Shown piece after piece: positions 38,175 through 49,453 of a stretch of 64,000 nt of DNA. The translations under genes and the position numbers were made by a program. Numbering within the stretch: position 1 is the stretch's first letter; each line of letters begins with the position of its first letter. The notes beneath the pieces were generated by a model that ran no database searches, was not told where the DNA came from, and was given only the letters and a program-made list of their open reading frames with translations. This DNA comes from Eledone cirrhosa (lineage: Eukaryota): contig OZ024740.1 in the NCBI GenBank assembly GCA_964016885.1, forward strand, positions 147,560,001 to 147,624,000, read 5' to 3'.

Positions 38175-38401
38175 AACAAGAAGTAATTTCGGCAGATACA
38201 AGCCAGAAACTCTGAAGAATATGGGGTTTACATATACTAATGTCTTACAAGGATATAGGATAATAAAAATGAGGATAAAACTATAATAACTAAGGATGTA
38301 GATGACATTAAGAACCATATTACAAATATGGTCCAAAGTCACCAACTTAAATCTAAACAAATTTGGTTATATAGAACAGGAATTATATATAACACAGTAT
38401 A

Positions 38402-38509
<108 letters not shown>

Positions 38510-38547
38510 ATAATAATAAAATTGAAGACTATATATATATATATATA

Positions 38548-38845
<298 letters not shown>

Positions 38846-39011
38846 AGAAGAGTTTGGTCGGTAATATTTTTAGACCAGTTTATATCCACACTAAACTAAT
38901 ATGAAGAATTTTCTTGTCAGTGGTAAAATCCTTAAACGTGATTTTCTACAATAAAAACAAAAATGCCCTTGCTCACAAAACCATTATGAAATCTCTTTCT
39001 CTCGTTCTCTC

Positions 39012-39075
<64 letters not shown>

Positions 39076-39088
39076 ATATATATATATA

Positions 39089-39630
39089 CTAGCAGTGGTA
39101 CCCGGCGTTGCACGGGATAAGGTATTTTGGAATGCGGGTGGCCAGCAGACTTAATCGTGGAAAAACTACATGCCTGGACAATATGTAAAGAAAATAAACC
39201 GAATACTCTGATGGCTGGATAATCTTTAAGATTTTCCTCGATGAAGCAGGAAAAATGCAGGTTTTCACCTAATCCGGGCCCTAGGGGATTAAGAAAATAA
39301 TATTTTTTTTATATGCATAACATGCCTTTAAATTTCGGGAAAATCGGCTAGACGTAACGCCTCCAAAAAGCCCTAAAAAGCTGAAAAAAGGAAGTTTTTC
39401 ACCTAATGCGGGCCCTAGGCCATAAAAAAGTTAGATTTTCTTGGCTCACCGTATGAAGGAGAGACTAACTAATACATAGTAACAATTTCAAGGAAATCGG
39501 CCTGATGTAACGCTTCAAAAAACACCCAAAAATTAAAAAAAACGCAGTTTTTCACCTAATTCGGGCCCTAGGAGATCAAAAAGTTGAATTGTGCACAAGA
39601 CTCCCTCAAACATAAGTAATACACATGTAA
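39089..39630 (-). mobile_element. Non-autonomous Helitron-like element (5'-truncated)
   Basis: Reverse complement of 29640-30175, including hairpin and CTAG. Confidence 0.8.
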
Positions 39631-39775
39631 TTATAAAATAAAAGGAGGCTGAACTGGTGTAAATCCTTGAAAGGTTTATTATACTATTAATATTACATCG
39701 AGGTTGACCATACGGAATGACCAGTTCTATCCAGTGGTGAACCAACAAACCTAAATATATAAATATATATATATA

Positions 39776-40331
39776 TAAATATAAGTATGTACACGTACAT
39801 ACATATATGTATACCGACGTACAGTAGTATGTATATATATATACATACATGCACACATATATATATGTACGTATGGATTCACCGAACATTTATTACAATG
39901 CTCGGTGTGTTTGTAAACAAACATCCCGTATTAAGCCGTAGTGTCTAGCAACAATCGTTGCTCGTTTGTTCAACACTGACAAAGGAACGCTGTACTAGTT
40001 TCAAGCTTATTAGCTATAGTCAGCAACGTATACCTTCCTGCCAGATTGTTGAACGTATATACTTACCTTATGCATATTAACGGCTGAGTAGCCCAATTTG
40101 CATATCGAGTGGGTTAATCGGCCGGGTGCACCGAAAACGATAAACGGAAAAAATGAAACGAAATTTCATTTCCCACTCTTAGTACGGTTGTTACTTAAAT
40201 ATAAGTATGAACACGTACATACATATATGTATACAGACGTACAGTAGTATGTATATATATATACATACGTGCACACATATATATATATGTACGTATGGAT
40301 TCACCGAACATTTATTATAATGCTCGGTGTT
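39776..40331 (-). mobile_element. Retrozyme-like element, copy C (420-bp period)
   Basis: 39781 and 40201 begin near-identical ~130-bp repeats. Octamer at 40096-40103 (-). Hammerhead at 39986-40029 with damaged core CUGACUA. Confidence 0.75.
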
Positions 40332-40352
40332 GAACAAACGAGCAATTTATTG

Positions 40353-40443
40353 CGTGTTACAATTGTTTCGCCGGCAGGTAGCACGAGACATGGTCCCTGT
40401 ATGGATCTAGCTGATTCTACGGCTGCAGGTTCTTTCAGACACG
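40353..40443 (-). ncRNA. Hammerhead variant with CUGAAAGA core and 61-nt stem II domain (mirror at 42208-42298, +)
   Basis: CGUGU-CUGAAAGA-[61 nt]-GAA-ACAAUUGU-A^ACACG. Lies in diverged inverted arms 40344-40503 / 42143-42308. Confidence 0.6.
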
Positions 40444-41028
40444 GGTACTTCATTCGGAGCAAATTTTATCACTGGGGTGTTAGTATAAAAAAACACCTAA
40501 AAAAACGTGTGGACCTGTGCGTAGGTATATGTATGTGTGTGCGTATGTAGATATATATATATATATATACGTGGGTGTGTATGGGGGTGTGTATATGGGC
40601 ATGGGTACGTATATGCGTGAGCTTATGAGCGCGTGTATGTGCAGACATGTGCATGTATGTAAGTATGTGGCAGAGTATGTGTGTATGTATATACATATAT
40701 ATATCTGTGTATATATAAATATATATATATGTATGTATATGTATATATGTGTGCGTATGTACGTATAGCTACGTATGAGTAGGTGTGTGTATGTGGGTGC
40801 GTAGGTGTGTATATATATGTATATATATATGTGTGTGTGGGTGCGGTTGTATGCATATGTGGGCCTCTATATATGTGTATGTGTATTTGTGTATACATGT
40901 ATATGTTTATGTGCATCTCACAGTAATGTGTACGGAAGATTATATATGGAGTATATATGCATTTTATTACTATTATTCTTTTTGTATTATTTTATATATC
41001 CTTTGTATGTATGTATGAATGTGTGTAC

Positions 41029-41097
<69 letters not shown>

Positions 41098-41383
41098 TGT
41101 ATACTATATTGATATTTTATACTTTATATTTTATATTTTATGTTATGTTATTTTACCGTTATTTTATGGTATATTGTGTTTTTTATCATATAATGTATTT
41201 TTAATTTACGGTTTTGTTTATATATGTATATGTGGAAGCACATGTGTGTGTGTAAGCAAATATGCATATGTGCAGGTGTCTGCATGTGGCAGTCCGTGTG
41301 CGTATGTATATGTAGATATATATATGTCTGCATGTATATATCTATGTATATGTGTGGGTGTGCGTATGCACCTAGGGTTTTTT

Positions 41384-41432
<49 letters not shown>

Positions 41433-41488
41433 ATGTATTTTTGTGTGCGTATGTGTATTTTTTATGTATGTGTGTGCATGTGTGTATA

Positions 41489-41597
<109 letters not shown>

Positions 41598-42343
41598 GTA
41601 TTTATGTATATATATGTGTGTATGTATGTATGTGTGTGTATGAGTGTGTATATATATAAATATATATAAGGTTGTGCGTATGTATGTGTGTGCGCGTATG
41701 TGTGTGTATATGTGTATGTTTGCGTAGACCATGCTTGTCCGACCGGATATATGGCGCGACTTAAGCAACCGTTATAAGGCTTGTGGCGATATGTATCTAG
41801 AAGTGGGTGTGACTGGGTCCGTGGAAGTGAGGGAGTACGTGTGTGTGTATATATACATAGATGCATGTATGTAGGGGTGTGTGTGTCTACGCATGTATGC
41901 ATACGTGTGTGTATGCACGCATGTGTCTGTGTCTGCACGTGTGTGTATATGTGTGTGTATATTCGTATGTGTGGGTGCTTGCTCTGGAGTGTGAACAGAC
42001 GTGTGAGATACTGAACCCAGCATGACTCCATTGAAGTGTGTCGGACGGAAAATGGCTGATAACCCGTGTAGCAGTAAATACTGACCAGAACTTATGATGA
42101 CGTGGAGTAAAAACAGCCAATGGCAAGACAAGAGTGGAAGAGGTTTTTTGGGGGGTGTTTTTTGATGATAACACCCCAGTGATAACATTTTCTCCGAACG
42201 AACTACCCGTGTCTGAAAGAACCTGCAGCTGTAGAATCAGCCAGATCCATACAGGGACCATGTCTCGAGCTACCTGCCGGCGAAACAATTGAAACAGGCA
42301 ATAAATTAATTCCAGATGCATCACTGATTTTTCGTTTTCTTTA

Positions 42344-42388
<45 letters not shown>

Positions 42389-42440
42389 TAAAAAAAACTT
42401 TCGCTCTTCATGGCTGAATACAATAAATGTATTCTGAGTG

Positions 42441-42910
42441 TTTTGAATATTAATAATAATATTCGATTCATTTGCAATTATGCAAACAGCCTCTTTTTTA
42501 AAGCCATGTGAGTAGAGTGAGTCCCTCATTCTTGCTCTTGTGTTGGCATGTAAAGAGAATTGCAGACATTAATCGTTCATATACAGGAAATAGACTGGCC
42601 TGTCTGCTGATCAGTGAATCTGCTAATATGCATATCTGACTGATCAGCCAGTCTGCTAATATGCAAATTAGGTCGATCAGTCACTGTATATCTGAGAAAA
42701 TATCATATATTTTCACTAGCTCTGACAGTTGGCAGGTGAACAGTGAACTGCACTGATGAAGGGTAATACCCAGAAACATTAGTGTCTGCAGTTCTGTTTA
42801 CATGCCAACACAAGAGCAAAATGAGGGGCTCATCCTACTGACATGGCTTTAAAAAAGAGGCTGTTTGCATAATTGCAAACGAATCGAATATTATTATTAA
42901 TATTAAAAAA
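42441..42910 (+). mobile_element. Retrozyme-like element, copy D (inverted arms 42441-42572 / 42779-42910)
   Basis: Octamer at 42661; terminal AAACGAATCGAA.ATTATTATTAAT shared with copy A. Confidence 0.7.
42728..42809 (+). ncRNA. Type I hammerhead with long bulged stem I
   Basis: GUUGGCA.GUGAACAG.GAACUGCA-CUGAUGA-A-GGGU AAU ACCC-A-GAA-ACAU UA GUGU-C^UGCAGUUC UGUUUAC.UGCCAAC. Confidence 0.85.
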
Positions 42911-42976
42911 ACTTAGATTACATTTATTATATATTTATATATGTGCGTGTGTGTGTATGTATATGTATATATATAA

Positions 42977-43082
<106 letters not shown>

Positions 43083-43127
43083 ATATGTATATATATATAC
43101 ATGTATGTACATATATATACATGTATG

Positions 43128-43736
43128 TCAGGTCCCCAGTTGGTGCTACTGGTAACATGTATCCCAGTACAACCTGTCTCATGGTCGGGTCGTTGGCGAC
43201 TAAACTGACAACCCCACCAAGGTTTCTTGGTGAGGAGGGTGACTTTGGACATCCTGCAGGACTAAAAACAAAACCTGTCAAAGGGCAAAAGAGCTCTTAA
43301 GAGTCAATGGCCATCCAAAATCACCGGGAGAGATGACCCCTTAGCCTTTGTCAAGGCAGAATTCTAGGAGAAGGAAAACTCTGATATAACACCTGCAACC
43401 CTGATGGTATCCAATGATGTTGACTTGTTCTTCTTTTTGGTAAATATCATCTTGGTTAAGAGAGTGGGACTGTCTTTGTGCAGTGCCTTTGCTCACTATA
43501 AAAGCTTCATGGCACAGGCATTGCTTTATATCTGGAGATCTCTCTGCACTTGTCGTCACATGGTACCATGGGCCCAGCACTATGTGTCAATAATTGTCAC
43601 AAGTGTAGTGTTTGTACCCGAGTTTTCAAGTCGCTGGCTGGACTAAAAAGTCACACTCGTTTAGCGCATCAGTAGGGGTTCTCCTACATGGATATAAAGT
43701 AGTGGCCGTACTCGAAAACGAGTTGGCAGCCACCAT
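43128..43736 (+). mobile_element. Short non-coding RTE-related element between (TATG)n tracts; junction fragments of the same family at 36857-37035
   Basis: The 5' end (TCAGGTC.CCAGTTGGTGCTACTGG) and 3' end (TGGCAGCCA.CATGTATG) both recur at 36.9 kb. CTAGGAGAAGGAAAACTCTG resembles RTE 5' UTRs. Confidence 0.6.
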
Positions 43737-43761
43737 GTATGTATATATGTATGTATGTATG

Positions 43762-43793
<32 letters not shown>

Positions 43794-43813
43794 TGTATAT
43801 ATATGTATGTATG

Positions 43814-43844
<31 letters not shown>

Positions 43845-44011
43845 GTATGTATGTATGTATGTATGTATGTATGTATGTATGTATGTATGTATGTATGTAT
43901 GTATGTATGTATGTATGTATGTATGTATATATATATATAACGAAGGAAATGTGGTAAGGAACCAGGTGGACCATAACGCACCAAAGTACTCAATACTTGA
44001 GGTAGTAGAGT

Positions 44012-44054
<43 letters not shown>

Positions 44055-44055
44055 C

Positions 44056-44099
<44 letters not shown>

Positions 44100-44118
44100 A
44101 AGAAGTGTAAGACAACAG

Positions 44119-44353
44119 GCTGGTATATATATTTCAGTGATAACCATTATTCAACAGCTATGACCTCATCAGGTAGTTAGAACTTGAACAGAAAAAAAAA
44201 CTGGAAAACATAATGTTGGAATAAATTTTATCTTGTTTATTCGTTGATATGTTCAGATCCGGAGTGTGGTGTTATCCACGTTGTTCAAGTTCTAGCTGCC
44301 TGATGTGGTCATATCTGTTGAATAATGGTTATCGCCGAAATATATATAGCAGC
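44119..44353. ncRNA. Pair of diverged, inverted hammerhead motifs (44119-44177 minus; 44295-44353 plus)
   Basis: Plus: GCUGC-CUGAUGU-GG..CC-GAA-AUAUAUAU-A^GCAGC. The minus copy keeps CUGAUGA. Confidence 0.6.
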
Positions 44354-45829
44354 GATTATGAATAAACGAAGTTAATTTTAACCTGTTGACTTAAACGTCT
44401 TGTTTTTACATTACTCCGGAGTAAACACACATACCTGCGCACTTCGTTGAGTGCTCTAGCCTGCATATTGAAGTATCGGTAAACAACAAACACATACTCA
44501 AAGTTATATATAGTGACAGAATGAAGAATAACATGGTCGGCTGTACAACAAGGGTCTTTATTTCAAGTATTAACAATTGTTTCATTAATCAGGTGAATCT
44601 AAAGGCCGCTAACCACTGGATTACCTATAACGATAACTTGTTATCCCATTACTTCCACCACTAACCCTCACCCACACATCCACTCCCACCACCCCACAAC
44701 TAATACCACTAACATCCCCCCGACTCCACGCACACAAACACACCCACCCACCCACACCCACTTACACCACCCACTCTACACACCCTACCACCACTGACCA
44801 CCACTAACACACCAGCATTCAACCCTTTCCCCACCACCAGTATACTAACACCCACTAACATCCCCTTCACCACACACACACTCATCCAAACACGCACACA
44901 CACACCAGTACACTACACTCTACCGCCCCCCACACCTTTCCCTCCCTCTCCCCGCTCCACCCACACCCCTTCACACACACACATCCCACTAACACCTCTA
45001 CTAAGACACACCCCATCCCCCCACACAACCCCCTCCCCACTCCACCTTTCACACCTACCCATCCTCTCCCTTGTCCACCGCACCTCCGCACACACTGACA
45101 CACTGACTTTCTCCACCTGCCATTCTCCTCTACTGTTGCTATGCCTTGACCCTCTGACCACTTCTCCGCACACACAGACACACAGCCCTCTCCACCTGTC
45201 ATTCTCCTCTACCCTCCTGCTGCCTTGACCCTCTGACCACTTCCTGTTGCGCGTGCACCCCACATCTCCCCTCTTCCGACCAACACAACCACAGATTACA
45301 CACCATTGGCCATCGTTCCCACCATCAACTCCATCACAAGGAAAATATCCGGCAACTCACCATACCCTCTACGGAACTACCTTAGGAACTTACCCACGGA
45401 CATATACTCACAAACATTTTTTTCCCAACCACAGCACCTACATCCACAATACGTATAAACATCACACACACATGCGTACCCCCACATTTGTATACACTCA
45501 GCCTCCGGAATCCAAGGAGAGCAAGGAGAACTAGCATGGAAAGAAGAGGAAGTAGAGAAACATGATCAAGGAGTGAAGAGAGAGAGCAAGGAGAGCAAGG
45601 AGTGAAGGAGTGGCTTGGAGAGTAAAGAGAGCTAGCAAGGAAAGGGGAGCAAGGAGCGTAGGGAGAAGAATGACGAAAAGGAGAGCAAATAGAGCAAGGA
45701 GGAATAGGAGAGCGAGTCGAGCAAGGAGAGCATGGATTGAAAGGAGATCAAAGAGGGCAAGGAGAGCAAGAAGTGAAAGGAGATCAAATATAATAAGGAG
45801 AGCTAGCATAACTCTACTGAAGGCCCATA

Positions 45830-47225
45830 ACTCTACTGAAGACAGGGCTGAAGCTTTTGGTAGAGGTGCTGGCCAAGAGATTGGTGCTTGCCATTGATAG
45901 TGTAGTTGAAGATGCTCAGACCTCTGAAACTCCTGGAAGATCTCTATGACAACCTCCACCTCATGAGATAAATCGTAGAGCGGGTCAGAAGTAAACTCGC
46001 CTTTGACGGAGCATTGGTCAATTTAGATCAGTAAAAAGCATTCGACAGAATCGACCATCGTTAGCTCGAGGATGTCCTAAGAGCAGTTGGTTTCGGTCCT
46101 GTTTTCAGAAGCTGGATTACTACATTGTACAGCGGGATCTGTTAGGTGGCCAAAATATACGGCCACTTATCGGAACCTTTCTATATCGAGCATTCAGTCC
46201 GTCAGAATTGTATCCTCTCCCTCGCCTCCTTGGGAAATGGAAATCTTGAGAGGAATTTCGCATGAACCTGGACGTAGGAGAGCCATGTTAGTATATGCGG
46301 ATGATTTCTCTGTCATGGTGTCAGATACGTCAGATATAGATGCACTCTGCACCGTACAAAGAGAATACCAACAGGTTGCTGGTGCTTGCATTAACCAGAA
46401 CAAGTCAGTGGGCTTGCAACTTGACATGTGGAGAGGCAGACCCATGCTGGCCAGCATACATTTCTGCCGCTGGACCGACTGTCCTGTTGAAGTGCTTGGA
46501 GACTGGTTTGGACCGAACTTGAGAAACAAGAACTGGAAGGAGGTCAAAAGAAGGCAGCCAATCTCACTTAAAAGTTGTCCATCAAATGTATACTACCGCC
46601 TGACCATCATACCATGTTCCCCCAAACAACTAACCAAACTGGACCACATTTTGTGGAAGGGACAAATTTTTCTGATCTGAAAATTCATCTGCTACCAACA
46701 CAGTGATCTCCGGATACTATCGCTAAAGATGCGCTGACAAGCGCTACAACTAATATACCTCAAATTCCGCAATGACAAAGACAACGAAAACGAATCCCAA
46801 CTAATGTGGATACTTTTCGTGCAAAACATCACTACGCAGCTCGCCCCCTCCACCGAGCTATAATCTTTCATCAAGAACTAACTAAAGTTGAGCGAGAGAA
46901 TCTAGAGTGCTGCCAAGCATTCACAGTAATTTTTGAAACTGAACAATGCGATAGGTGATCAGAAAACAATATTTGCATATTATAGAGTGTTTGTGGAAGA
47001 TATGAGCGATGAGAGCCTAAGATCAGCTGTAGGCGTTGGCAATGGCAGCCCGAACAGACTCTTCTGGAAGACTTTCAAGTCAGGGATTAGGGACAATTTC
47101 CAAAATCATTTGTTATAGCAGTACTACAGAGAAGCACTATCAATTCGAGACATGTTCTTCAGCCACGGACGTGCTAACAACCATACATATCGAAGACGCA
47201 GGGTGATGAGACCGTCCTGCATGAC
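45830..47225 (+). mobile_element. Decayed Tx1-clade RT/C-terminal fragment, preceded by a GAGCAAGGA-type tandem expansion (45510-45810)
   Basis: AFDRIDH, YADD, NQNKSVGLQL, WFGP; homologous to 51000-52490. Confidence 0.85.
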
Positions 47226-47414
47226 CAAGCAGTCTTTTTCAACGTTTTACCTCTTTTTCAACCGTTCTAAACCTTTTATTCAAGTTTTAAATTTGATAAA
47301 AGTTTAGAAGAAGTGACCCACCTAATACAGGGGTTCACTAGTAAATAATACGGCTTTCCTTTACGGGGTGTCGTATTCGTATTTGTGTAAAAATATTTTT
47401 TGAAAAATTTCAAC

Positions 47415-49421
47415 ATGGATAACACAAAAAAGAGAGAGAGCGCTGTCAGACAACACAGAGAGAGGGAGACTTTATCAGCATGTCAACAAGACAGCGTTCC
47501 AGCGGAGGTAAATATAAACGAAAATATTACAAATGAAAAAAAGATTGTTACAGATTTAAAATTAACAAATATTTCTAATACAAACAACACCAACAATAAC
47601 ACCAACAATATCACCAACAACAACACCAAAAATAACAGCGGTAAAGTCGAGAACGACAATAACAAAAATAACAGCGGTAAGGTCGAGAACGACAATAACA
47701 ATGACAATAACAACAGCCACAACAACAATAATAGTAGGAACAGTATCAACAAAAACAACAAAAATAACAACAGCCACAATAACAGTAACAGCAGCAACAG
47801 TATCAACGAAAACAACACCAACAACTGTACCAGCGAAAACAACAACAATGACACCGATACCTGTAATAGCGACCTCAGCACCACCAGTAAGACCAGTAGC
47901 GGCAGCAATAGTGGTGCTGCTGAAAAAGGGACCACTTCTTTTGCAGGTGTCGCCCGAAATATCGAGACAGTGTTAGTCACAGAGGAGGAGATGGCAGTCG
48001 CAAGGGCCATGGTGACAAGAAGTGCAAATAGTGTTTCCCTGAAACCTCCACCCGATTTTTTCAAGGACCAGCAGCTACGGACGGTGACTTACCGCACCGT
48101 AAGCAAAATCTCACATCGAGTGGAGAGAGCCACGGAGGCTCAAATCCAAAAGGCCTTGGGGTGCGTTTGGGCACGCAAAACCCACATCACCCGAGGCAGA
48201 AAGTACGCCACAGTAGACGCACTTTTCGCCACCCCCCAGGAAGCAAAGTCTCACTCTTTGGAAACCCTAAAGAGTGAGGAGTTAGTCTTGGTGCCCTCCT
48301 ACTGCGGGCAGAAAATTGTGAGGGTCAAAGTGACCCAGGTCCCACCCGACGTGCCCATACCTTGGCTGGCCGCGTCTGTCCTTGCTGGAATTGAGAACAG
48401 GGCGACAATGCTGCAAGTAGAACAAATAGGGAGAGAGAACTGGTCAGGTATAGGCATGCAAATGCTTATACAAACTGACCAGGAATGTATCGAGGCTATC
48501 CCCGATATCATAGACTTTGAGGAAGGACTCCAACTCCCTATAAGTGTAGAAGGAAGACGGCCAAAATGTTATCTCTGTGGGTCGAAAGGTCACCTCAGGG
48601 CCTTTTTCCCGCAGAAGACACCGAAGAGGGCCCCTCTCCTTCCAATACCTGGTCCGCTGCTACCAAGAGCAGGACAGGCAACAAACGAAGCCCCTTCCAC
48701 GGTGAGTAGGAAGGCATCGTCCGTAGCACCCGTACCAAGGCCACGGATAACTAAAGCAGCATCATCAGTAGCGGCAACACCAATAGCTACATTTGAAATA
48801 GCTACACCAGAAACAACATTGCCGAAGAGGGCTCCACTACCACCACCAACAGCCGTGGAGCACATACCCCTCCCAGACGCCACAGAATCCGACATGGAGT
48901 TTGAGGCGGGAGTGACGTGGCAAACAGTCTGCCACAAAAAACAAAAAACTAAAAAAACCTTAGATTCACCCTCCAAAAGCAAAGGCATACAAAGAGGGGT
49001 AAAGGCAGCAAGGAAACTTGCAGCAACACCACCACAAACACCAACAACGCAAACACAACAAGGTACACACACCAAACAGCAACAAGAAGAAAACGGCAAC
49101 AAAATCACCCCTCCCTCCAAAAAGTACACAGCCATAAACATAGCAAAAAAAGAACTCATAAAATATATAAAGCAGCACACAGACATCACGGAAAAAAATT
49201 ACTACACCCCACCAACACCAAGAACTCTCCCGACAAACATAAGCATCATCGAAATCTCAGTAGAACAATACAAACCTTTAAAACAAAAATTCCCCAACGC
49301 AGTTGGAGACTTCAGAGGGACGGTTACCAAGAGGATATACACTGACATCCTCTTGGAAACACCCATGACCAGCGAAAGGGACGGTTCTATTGTCCCTTCA
49401 CCACACGAACAAGGTAAGTGA
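47415..49421 (+). CDS. LINE ORF1 (gag-like) with Asn-rich N-terminus and zinc knuckle
   Basis: Open from ATG 47415; GRRPKCYLCGSKGHLRAFF (CCHC with the last Cys lost). Confidence 0.85.
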   Translation: MDNTKKRESAVRQHRERETLSACQQDSVPAEVNINENITNEKKIVTDLKLTNISNTNNTNNNTNNITNNNTKNNSGKVENDNNKNNSGKVENDNNNDNNNSHNNNNSRNSINKNNKNNNSHNNSNSSNSINENNTNNCTSENNNNDTDTCNSDLSTTSKTSSGSNSGAAEKGTTSFAGVARNIETVLVTEEEMAVARAMVTRSANSVSLKPPPDFFKDQQLRTVTYRTVSKISHRVERATEAQIQKALGCVWARKTHITRGRKYATVDALFATPQEAKSHSLETLKSEELVLVPSYCGQKIVRVKVTQVPPDVPIPWLAASVLAGIENRATMLQVEQIGRENWSGIGMQMLIQTDQECIEAIPDIIDFEEGLQLPISVEGRRPKCYLCGSKGHLRAFFPQKTPKRAPLLPIPGPLLPRAGQATNEAPSTVSRKASSVAPVPRPRITKAASSVAATPIATFEIATPETTLPKRAPLPPPTAVEHIPLPDATESDMEFEAGVTWQTVCHKKQKTKKTLDSPSKSKGIQRGVKAARKLAATPPQTPTTQTQQGTHTKQQQEENGNKITPPSKKYTAINIAKKELIKYIKQHTDITEKNYYTPPTPRTLPTNISIIEISVEQYKPLKQKFPNAVGDFRGTVTKRIYTDILLETPMTSERDGSIVPSPHEQGK

Positions 49422-49453
49422 CCCTTTCTCATTTGCCCCGTTTCTCATCCAAC

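Noticed and set aside
45531-45959. Hydrophobic Leu/Ala-rich ORF and antisense Arg-rich ORF
   Set aside because: They derive from a GAGCAAGGA-type tandem expansion adjoining a dead LINE.
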